This document shows, piece by piece, positions 1 to 9,760 of a stretch of DNA of 64,000 bases. Positions within the stretch are counted from its first letter, which is position 1; each line of letters opens with the position of its first letter. The translations under genes and the position numbers were made by a program. Origin of the DNA: Styela clava (Eukaryota); the NCBI RefSeq assembly GCF_964204865.1, contig NC_135260.1:7936001-8000000 (forward strand), given 5' to 3'. The notes below the pieces were generated by a model. The model did no database searches. It was given only the letters and a program-made list of their open reading frames with translations, and had not been told where the DNA came from.

Positions 1-199
1 TGGTACTGTGGTAGAGTATTCCAGTACCGGCATTTAGTAGTCTCTAGTCTGTTTCTGCATTGTAGCATCAGCATAAAAATGCCTATTAATGTATTACGAG
101 ATTGCTATCATCGTCACAATGCCTTGAATTTAATTTTGAAATGTTGCATGTAAACTGTTTGACATGTTGACGAAATAAAATACTACTACTAGACTACTA

Positions 200-654
200 C
201 GGCTGATGGACAACTCGACTACACGGACAACTCACCAGAGACAACTCGACGACCTAGAGGCCTGGTGAGTTGTCGTCTTTTGGCATTTTCTACGGTGGTG
301 TTTTAGGTCTATAGAAATGCGTTTTTGATATTTTTAGTGCTCAAATGTTGAGAAAAATACATAAATATGCTCTAGAAAGCATTTTTATTTGTATGAGTGG
401 CTTATTTTGATCATGTTGTATGAATACAAATACAGTCTACAGGCGAAATTGGAGGTTAGCGAAGTTAGACTGTTGACTTATAGGACTGTGTTCGTTTAAT
501 TTTTTGAACTTTATTGGTATTAAATGTTTTGAATGAGCATCTTTAAATATATTAAAAACTTTTCCAAATGCCAAAAGACTGACAACTCACCAGGCCTCTA
601 GGTCGTCGAGTTGTCTCTGGTGCGTTGTCCGAGTAGTCGAGTTGTTCGCCTCCC
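200..654. mobile_element. Non-autonomous TIR element (MITE) with ~90-bp inverted termini, inserted in a (TAC)n tract
   Basis: Left arm GGACAACTCGACTAC...GACCTAGAGGCCTGGTGAGTTGTC is mirrored by right arm GACAACTCACCAGGCCTCTAGGTCGTCGAGTTGTC...GTAGTCGAGTTGTTC. (TAC)n lies on both sides, preceded by AATAAA. Confidence 0.75.
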
Positions 655-1119
655 ACTACTACTACTACTATAGGCCTAAATATTACTGTATTGCCGGTAA
701 CATTATTTCTGAAACTATTACAGTATTACTACGTTGTTGCTGTTATTGCAGTATTGTTTAAGACTAACTTATCGGTATAGAATTTATCCCAATTTAACAT
801 CCTGGCCTCATGCTGATTTGTATATAAGTACCGTACCTTATAAGTTCATTTCCACTCCATACAGCTATACGGTATGGGTAATCAGCGTACAGGCGTAACA
901 GGCAATAAAATGATTGATAAAAACAAATAAATAAAAACTGATTATGAAATCAGGAGAGCAAAGGCAACCTTAGACAAGGTTTGAAACGTACAGCAGTACA
1001 GAATATAAGATGGAATGTTTTACCAAGAAGAAGTGTTATGTGTTCATCACCTGAAATTAATAAGTTACACACACACACAACCATAGAGAAGTTACAGAGT
1101 AGGAAAACAGCGCAGACTG

Positions 1120-1438
1120 CCGCTCATTGTCAGATTCTGCTAAGCGTTAGGAATACGCTCGCAACTGCACTTCTGATTACTCTATGTGGGTTCGAATCCC
1201 ATGTGGGGAAGGTATGTGCGAGAGGAATGCTGAACTACTCGCCGCTGTAGGGTGGTTCACGTAACCGCTGGACGGTTACCAATTACAGAGTTAACGGCTT
1301 CCTCCATCATCAGGTACATAACAAACTAATCCCATACCCGACATGAAATACCTACTAACCGGACGAGAGACCGTGGTTCGCCTTATGGTTAAGCCTCCTT
1401 ATTGCCTTCCCCCGGGATAAATGTGTAAATCCCATCCT
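1120..1438 (+). mobile_element. tRNA-derived SINE, near full length
   Basis: Box B GGTTCGAATCCC near 1190. The body (GGGTGGTTCACGTAACC, GGCTTCCTCCA, ATCCCATACCCGACATG, CCCCGGGATAAAT) recurs at ~6830, ~8505 and ~14505. Confidence 0.75.
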
Positions 1439-1525
1439 AAATATTACACTATAAGCTACAACCATATATCAGTTCTCAGATAAAATCAAATTAACCTATA
1501 GTTGAGTAGTTTGGAGCATTCTGAG

Positions 1526-4500
1526 ATGGCAGGTCGAAATCAAGAAAGATCTGTCCAACGTCGTGTTGGAGGTCGAGGTGATAATGATTTGAGTAAGGTT
1601 GAATTCGAAACATCCGAAGAAGTTGATGTCACTCCAACATTCGACTCAATGGGATTACGGGATGATCTTCTGAGAGGAATTTATGCTTATGGTATGTGGG
1701 GTAATCATTTGAAACTTGAGTTTTGGGATTTTGAATGAACATTTAAATACAAAGCAATTCTGTTAAGATTGATTGGTATTAATCAAAATGCAGGTTCTTC
1801 CAACTCACATTGGTTAATTAAAACTTAACAACATTACTATCTGTATACAAATTTTTGAACACTTGGTGGGAAGGAGTAGGACTTTATACAAGTTCTCCAA
1901 AACTTGGATTTTTGGAATCTGGTTCACCTGGTGCAAACAGTGTAATGGTAACATATTAGCCTTGAAATACAACATGAAGTGTAAACTAGTTTTCTTTTAT
2001 CCCATGCATTTATAGATCTGCCTAAAGATTATATTCATTTGATTATTTATAACAAATTTCTCTTTTTAATTTTTGTGTTCATTCTTACATGGGTTTCTGG
2101 AATTTGATTTTGATATAGTTAGCTCCTTCATGATCCCCTGTAGAATCAGCAATGGTTGAGTAGTGATTCGAAAGCTATCTATTATTTTGATTTGTAAAAT
2201 CTGCTACTCACTAATCAGACGACTTTTTCAGGTTTTGAGAAACCATCAGCCATTCAACAGAGAGCTATCAAGCAAATTATGAAAGGCCGGGATGTGATCG
2301 CTCAGTAAGTTTTATTTTGTTGTCTTTTTTGTGTAACAATATTGAATATAGGTTATTACCTATTGCCTATAAATGTTGTACTAAAGTGATGACTTAAACT
2401 GAAAATACTGAAATAAAATTTTTAGATCTCAGTCTGGAACTGGTAAAACAGCAACATTTTCAATCTCATGTCTCCAAATGATCGATACTTCAATTAGAGA
2501 AACGCAAGCTCTTATTCTTGCTCCAACTAGAGAGCTCGCTCAACAAATACAAAAGGTGAGTGTAAACAAAGTAGAATATGACAACTTTTCATTAGAGATG
2601 GGCCAAGATTTCGATCTGGGCTCGGGTTAGAGTCGAATCCACGCATTTTTTGGACTTTGGATTTCGAGTCCACGTCATTTTTACCGAGTCTATAACCAAT
2701 TCTGTTTATAATAATTTGCACCTATGCTTGTATTTTTACCTCTATAAATCACAGTACATACCCTAACTGGTTAAAATTCGTTGTTAGATCTGCAACAATC
2801 TTCCTCGTATGATGTCGCGCCAGTCACCTTCAAACTATCTATCCTTTTTGGTATACATGTGTACATTAAAATATGTGTGAGCGCAATATTTTTGAGTTTT
2901 TGATTCGCCTAAAAATGAAACATACTCTGGATCAACCCAAGGGATCCCCAAGTGATTTCATCAATATCTCTTTTAAATCGAGTTTATTACAGGCAATCTT
3001 TTCCCTAAAAAGGAATAAATGAAAGCATGTAGAATTTTAGAACTTTTATATGTACTACTAAATTGCAAGCAGATGTACCTCATTGTATTGACGAGTGGCA
3101 TCTCTCCACCATTTGCGCTTGCGACATAGTAAGTGTACAGCTAGAAGTATCTGGAATTATGGGGAAGCATTGCAGTCAAAAGCTTTTTATTTTTCATATT
3201 GACATGACATGTAAGAATTGCTAAATAGCCGCCCAGAATTAACGGATGGTGATGGGCTGGAAATCCGGTTCATAACCAAGGCGCATATTGACCCACGTTC
3301 ACGTTTGTATTGTGGCCGCTAAAAAAGAGGGAAAATATATTTCTAAAATGATTCAACAGCTATCTGCAGAACTATTAGGCAAAAAATACGAGTTACTGCG
3401 TATGTTTGTGAGCGCACGTTGCTGTACCTATACAACCTATAGAAGAAGCCTTAACTGTGTTAATTATATTTTCACTGAGTAGAAAAAAAATTAATCTAGT
3501 TTGCTATGACCTTATTGCTATTATTAAATAACGAAAAAGCATCCAAACATTGAATAAGAGATTTTAAAGTAAATTTAATTTTTTTGTTTGTTTGTGTTTG
3601 GTCCAAGAGTTAAATAATACCTAATAAAGTCTAAAAATTTAAATAAGCATGTTTGTTATTCAAAAAGATTTCATTTACCATAATCTTATTAATTTAATCG
3701 TTCAATGATTTGTTTATAATCAAGACAAGTTTTATTTCTAGGTTATTCTTGCACTCGGCGATTACATGTCCGTTCAATGTCACTCTTGTATTGGTGGAAC
3801 CAACGTTGGAGAGGACATCAGAAAACTTGATTATGGTCAACACATAGTATCTGGAACACCTGGAAGAGTTTTTGGTTAGAAGTTTATATTAATCTTGAAC
3901 ACGAAGTGAACCTTTGGATTGTTTAGATAAGTTGTTGTTGTTGTTATTGTAGCAGTGATATTGTATAATGAAACTTATTATTGCAATTATTCAGCACAAA
4001 ACATTTTTTATTTAGACATGATAAGAAGAAGAAATCTTCGTACTCGTGCCATCAAACTTCTAATTCTTGATGAATCAGATGAAATGTTAAACAAAGGATT
4101 TAAAGAACAGATTTATGATGTTTACAGATATCTTCCACCAGCCATACAGGTTAATTGTTTACTCGATTGAAAATTTGCTTCCAATAAATAATAGAACATT
4201 TCTTGATTGTCGAGTCTTACGCAAGAACTAAGGTGTTGATATTTAGTTATGTATAACATATAAAATATTTCTGTTTTTTCTGATCGATAGACCTAGTTAC
4301 CCAAATTATTTATCTAGATCAGGTGAGGGGCGACTTTTCTTGCAGAAGTCGCATTCTGAATTTTTTGCATTGCATTGAAAAAGGTACTTAACTCTTCTCT
4401 GAATACTGGCATTCCTGGAAATTGTCTGTGATGTCACAGTTACTATGTCCATTTGCTATGCTGGTGACAAATTTATTTGTAGGTGATAAAATATAAACAT

Positions 4501-7500
4501 TTATATATATATATAACATTTCCACAATTCATAGTTTAGATATTTTAAATAAATCTAAATTCTGTATGTAGAAATTTTCTCCAAGAACAATATGCAGACG
4601 GTGGTTTCCCGTCCATGGTCTAAACTGTTTTGGCTTGAATACATGAATCATCCACTATGGCTTGGTGCTGCATTCAGGCCGTGCCGTGTCTTTCTGCAGT
4701 TGAGTACCATATTTTTTAATTTTGTTCTCTAGGTTTGTCTGATCAGTGCCACATTGCCACATGAAATCTTGGAGATGACGAACAAATTTATGACAGATCC
4801 TATAAGAATTTTAGTCAAACGGTGAGAATGAACCTGACGTTACTTTAATTCAATAATGCTGTTTTATTTGGTATTTGTACATGGTTATACTATTAATGAT
4901 TTTCGTAGATATTATTACTGTGAAATTTCTAACCATTTCAAAGATAGATGAGCGTGGACTGAAGAATTTGTACTTAGTTATGGGCTATGGCAGGGATGGC
5001 GAAACTTTTTCGATGAATGGGTCAAAAATTATGCAGGGATGGCGAAACTTTTTCGATGAATGGGTCAAAAATTATATTTTAATAGCGGAACAGAAGAGAG
5101 TGGGTCACAGATATTTAATCAATGTTTGTATCTATAAGAAACTTCTGAAGCAAATCTTATAAGCTTCTGTTGGTGTAGTTTTGGGATTATGCAGCACTTC
5201 TATTAGGGAGTTTTTATGGCCTTCGATTTTATGAAATTAAAGTATGAAAACACGCATATTAATTACCCCAAACGTTTAGGATGCAGAAAATTATTTTACG
5301 GTTTTAAATAGTTTGGAAGGAATTCCACTCTGATAGTGTTATATTTTTCGATCAGCTTTCCACCACATTTAGGCACTTTTACACTGTCCCATTGTTATTT
5401 CTAGGTTTTTATTTCAAGTCTGAGAGATTTTGTTTTCTCAACGGCATTGTAGGCGAGAAACTAATAAAATGCAAAGTAGCATCTAGTTCTCGTATAACCC
5501 CTAAAACAGTCTACAGATTCACCTCCGAAAGAGAAGACGTTGTGAGAAATCAACAGATCAATTGCACTGTTGTGTCATAAACGATGTCAGGGCCAATAGC
5601 TGAATAACAGTACACAGCGGCGTAGACATGCGTCCAAGATTAGGGGTTTTGAAAATTACCATACCGGTCTAAAAAATTAACAATTTGAATATGAGGGATC
5701 GCTGCCCCGACTTCCCAAATGACGGTACATTATAATAGTTTAGGTATTGTTATAGTTTAATAGGCCGGTTTTCTCAAATTTGATCACTGATATGTTAGCA
5801 TTTTTTTAAATTTTATTCGTGCCTTGGCGGGTCACAAATAAAACGCGGTGGGTCACTTTGTGACCCGCGAGTCAGTGGTTCGCCATCCCTGGGCTATGGA
5901 ATGACTCTCTTAAATCCTTTTTACAAGTCAAGATTGCATTTCGGAGGGCGGAAACTTCATAATGTGCACATTTATTTTTTGATATCATGAGAATCTTTCA
6001 ATTTCTAATTACTGGAGATACTCTGTCTAAATTTTTCATGCTATTTTCAGTTTCTGGCTCCTGCTGTTTGCTTTATCCCTTATCATATTTTTGAAAACAG
6101 TTAGTGCCACCTGTATTGATTTAATAAAAGTCTCATCTTGATTTGGTTTCTAATTTATTTAGCGAGTTTTATTTAAAAAGTTGGAGACAAAGCCTATTAT
6201 ACTAACGGGCATGTTCACTATTATATTGCTCGATTGTTTTTAGTTTCATAGGATCACTCATCAATTTCACTAAATCAGTTGATGATAGGTAATTTTGACG
6301 TTGGTTATTAAAAATTCCTCTTGTTTTTAAACAGTGATGAATTGACTTTGGAAGGAATAAAACAATTCTTTGTTGCTGTTGAAAAAGAAGAATGGAAGTT
6401 TGATACATTATGTGATCTCTACGATACTCTCACCATCACCCAAGCTGTCATTTTTTGTAATACTAAGCGTAAGGTTAGTACTTTGGGTATTCAAAGTAAA
6501 TTTAATTTTGATATGAAAACTTGGACATTCATGGCCCATCATCAAGTGGAGTTGGGAAACAGCTGTACTTGTGAATTCCACACACGATGGAAAATATATG
6601 ATGCTTCATTCTGAAATTGTTTCCAGTTTGGCATAGACTTTGCAGTTAATTTGACTCTAGTTAGGTTGGATGGTGGTTATGGACTGACTGTTGGCTTAAA
6701 GTTAAAAGATAAGATTAGAAAATATGATGCTGACATATTTGGGTAGAATTGATACCAATTGGCTATTTTGAACTCTTGCAGAATTTTTTCACAAGTACAC
6801 GTAGCCACATCTAGAGGGGCTCTGCATTTGTCGTGAGCTTAAAGAACATGCTTCCCATCGCACCTGCACAGGTCACAAGTTTGAATCCTGTGTGGGATAT
6901 TTATTTGAGAGGTTATTGCTACACTGAATCGCTGTCGGTTATGGCTCATTATGCCGTCAAGTTCATGCATATGGACCATTAACCAGTCAACTATTCCCAT
7001 ACCCAACATGCACTGATAACTGGGGGAGAAGCCATGGTTTGCCTATGATTAAACTGTCTCATCGGTATTCCTCTCCACTGGAATAAATATGAAAAATACT
7101 GAGAAAGTTAACCTAATTCTTTTGTTCAAAAGGTCGATTGGTTGACAGAGAAAATGCGTGAAGCAAACTTTACTGTATCGTCAATGCATGGTGACATGCC
7201 ACAGAAAGAAAGAACAGAAATTATGAAAGAATTTCGATCTGGTTCAAGGTGAATTTTTTGTACTTTTTGCATATTGAATCAAATATTATGCCTCGTGAAT
7301 TAATCGTGGTATTTGTTTGATGACAATGTAAATAAGAAAGGTTGAAAATAAAAATAAAAATTTTATGTTCTAAGTTTTCGTGGAAATATTTTTAACATTC
7401 CTTCTCCTAGTTTATATTTGAAATCAATTTGAAACAGAAGGCTTTGGACTGATTTCTGTTCTGTGCAGTTAGATTTAGTTCGATACTTAGTTAGATAGTG

Positions 7501-8759
7501 AATATTATGATTTCATAATTTGCTTCATTTACCCTTCATTTAGTCGGGTTCTCATCTCCACTGATGTATGGGCGAGAGGGCTTGATGTTCCACAGGTATC
7601 TTTGATTATCAACTATGATCTGCCAAACAATCGTGAATTGTACATTCATCGTATCGGTAGATCGGGGAGATATGGAAGAAAGGGTGTCGCCATCAACTTT
7701 GTGAAAAATGATGACATTCGTATCTTACGTGATATTGAACAGTACTACAGTACACAGATTGATGAAATGCCCATGAATGGTGAGTAATTCTGTTGTTTTT
7801 GATGCTATAAGAGTAAGTTGGTAGATTATTTGTTTGTTCTGTTCCAACGCTGTGGAGTCAAGAGTACGAAAATTTACCATCGATAGTCAAATTTTCTCAA
7901 GGAAAACTTTGCCTCGCGCAACTCTTCGTTTATACACTTATCAGGACCACTGCAAATCCAGAAACAGTTGATATGTATGAATAAACTCAAAAAAGATGTC
8001 TAAAAAATTAGTTTTACTTGAAAGTTATAATTAATGCTATATGTCACAGATCTATTCTAAGATAAGAATTGCAGCTACGGTATCTAAATTTTAGAAAGTG
8101 AAATATGGCTTATTCCACTGATTTACTAAAAAATACATACATATAGAATATTGGAAGTTGAAATTCACTTCAAAAATACAATTTAAATGTCTAAAGTAAC
8201 TGTAATCGAAATGATATCTGGAAATGAACCACGTAATTTCAGTGACTTGCAGTATGGCCAATGCTGTACGATTGTTAGGCGAGCTGACACTTGCGAGTCA
8301 GTCTTGGAAAATAATGTATTCTGTAGTGCTACCTTGGGATGTACGAGTACTGATATATTTCCATGCGGTTGCATAAAAATTTCTGAGACTACTGAACATT
8401 ATAAGTACTTTAGTTTTGAGAAATAATCTCTCCATATGGGAAATTTTCTATTCCAATCAAGGGTTATGCTGTTATGTGATTGAGAAAAGCTCACCCCATA
8501 AGCTTCTTAGGGTGGTTCACATAACCACTGGTTGATGACGGCTTCCTCCAAGTCCATGCTTCCGAAAATAACTGGCCCATTAATCCCATATCCGACATGC
8601 ACTGGTGACCAGACGAAAAGCCATGGTTCTGCATATGATTAAGCTGTCTCATCAACTTTCCTCTCCCCCGGGATGAATATGTAAATCTTATCCTATTCTT
8701 TTAGAAAAAGACGTTTTATATGATTCTCAATTTATATTACAGTTGCTGATTTAATCTGA
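1526..8759 (+). CDS. EIF4A3: Eukaryotic initiation factor 4A-III (exon junction complex DEAD-box helicase), 10 exons, 410 aa
   Basis: Exons 1526-1691, 2232-2304, 2426-2555, 3742-3874, 4016-4149, 4733-4821, 6335-6473, 7133-7248, 7544-7779, 8743-8759. All introns are GT-AG and the total is 1233 nt in frame. Motifs: [48 protein letters not shown]-terminal MPMNVADLI (eIF4A-III-specific signatures). Confidence 0.97.
3063..3212 (+). ncRNA. Candidate intronic H/ACA snoRNA (EIF4A3 intron 3)
   Basis: Hairpin TTGCAAGC...GCTTGCGA, H-like box ATAGTA (3126-3131), second hairpin, ACA at 3207-3209. Folded by eye only. Confidence 0.35.
4321..4472 (+). ncRNA. Candidate intronic H/ACA snoRNA (EIF4A3 intron 5)
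   Basis: 3' hairpin ACTGGCAT(4405)...ATGCTGGT(4465) with an internal pocket, followed by ACA at 4467-4469. An upstream hairpin is present, but the H box is non-canonical. Confidence 0.35.
4991..5891. mobile_element. Non-autonomous hAT element in EIF4A3 intron 6
   Basis: TIR CAGGGATGGCGAA / TTCGCCATCCCTG; perfect 8-bp TSD GGCTATGG; the first 43 bp are tandemly duplicated. Confidence 0.92.
6500..6796 (+). ncRNA. Candidate long H/ACA RNA with a multibranched 5' domain (EIF4A3 intron 7)
   Basis: Outer stem TTTAATTTTGA/TTAAAGTTAAA; 15-bp GU-containing stem 6528-6543/6669-6683; inner hairpins; canonical H box AGATAA 6707-6712; 3' hairpin; ACA at 6791-6793. Confidence 0.5.
6830..7100 (+). mobile_element. 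Degenerate copy of the tRNA-derived SINE
   Basis: Colinear with 1120-1438 (AGTTTGAATCC, ATTCCCATACCCAACATG, GCCATGGTTTGCC). Confidence 0.7.
8196..8428 (+). ncRNA. Candidate structured H/ACA-like RNA (EIF4A3 intron 9)
   Basis: Closing stem GTAACTGTA..GAAATGATATC / GATATATTTC..TGCGGTTGC encloses several hairpins. Then ATAAAA (ANANNA), a second hairpin TTTCTGAGACTA/TAGTTTTGAGAAA, and ATA. Confidence 0.35.
8505..8695 (+). mobile_element. 5'-truncated SINE copy
   Basis: GGGTGGTTCACATAACCACTGG...CCCCCGGGATGAATATGTAAATC matches the body of 1120-1438. Confidence 0.75.
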
Positions 8760-9303
8760 AGATGGAGGAGGTTGGAAACAAGAAAATGGTTGTTGAAAGC
8801 ACTGTACATTCGTTTGCAGTTGGATTGTAGTAGTATCTTGAATGATTGTCCATACATTGCTAGTATCTTGCATTTGATATGCCTAAATCCATAAGAAATG
8901 TGCTACTGTTTTTACTCTATTATGTGTATACAATCATTTTTAGTCTTGCTGAGATTTTTCACGTTTGAAATGGTTTAGTCGGCGCTTGTGAAAATACTTA
9001 ATTCATTTTATCCAAGAAATTTCCCCCATTTATTTTCGACTCGAGAATACATAGGCAGCGCTGTATTGAAGCATATTTAACTGCCTAATCATTAGTTTAT
9101 CAGGCTTTGAATATATCAGAGAATTTTAGCATATTTTTTTCAGTACCACGCCAAATTCTGAAAAATGGTTTTTACACTCTCTTCCGGTTACACTCCGAAA
9201 AAATTCTCTTTGAAGCTTCTAAATTATCGAGGATGGTATCATGTGGCTCTTGTATGAATTTGTAAATAAAGTTGAAAAATCTGTATTTTGACTTGTTATA
9301 AAG

Positions 9304-9741
9304 TAGGGATGGCGAACCACTGACCCTTGGGTCAAAAAGTGACCCACCGTGCTTTGTCGGTGGCCCGGTGAGTGACGATTACATGCATAAACATGGAATG
9401 AAGTACACAACTGGAATCTGAAACAACAATGGTGCTGGATGGTTGTAACTTTTATATGAGAATATAATTCTCTCCGAAGTGATTTCCGTTTCTAAGTCTC
9501 CTCGTACCAATAAAGGATTTACCGTAACAATATATTCGTGTTTCTCGAGTGAATGTGATAGTTCCAGAAATCTCCTTAGTCTTGATATAAGTCAGCCTTT
9601 GTGAAGATCAAACTGTAAGATGCAGCAGCAAGTCGCTCATTGATGCAGACAATGTTCAAATATCTATCACCCATAGCCTGCTTCTACATAATTAAAAATA
9701 TAGTTTGTGACTCGTTCATTAAAAAGGGCTTGCCATCCCCG
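9304..9741. mobile_element. hAT-type MITE related to 4991-5891, between two convergent 3' ends
   Basis: TAGGGATGGCGAACC / GGCTTGCCATCCCCG termini; flanks TTATAAAG vs GTATTAAG (6/8). Confidence 0.7.
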
Positions 9742-9760
9742 GTATTAAGTATGTTATTGG

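Noticed and set aside
1140-1210. tRNA gene suggested by GGTTCGAATCCC
   Set aside because: No cloverleaf, and it continues into a dispersed repeat body, so it is a SINE head.
6500-8428. Telomerase RNA, RNase P or RNase MRP identity for the long intronic structures
   Set aside because: No CTAACCCT-type template and no P4 conserved-region motifs seen.
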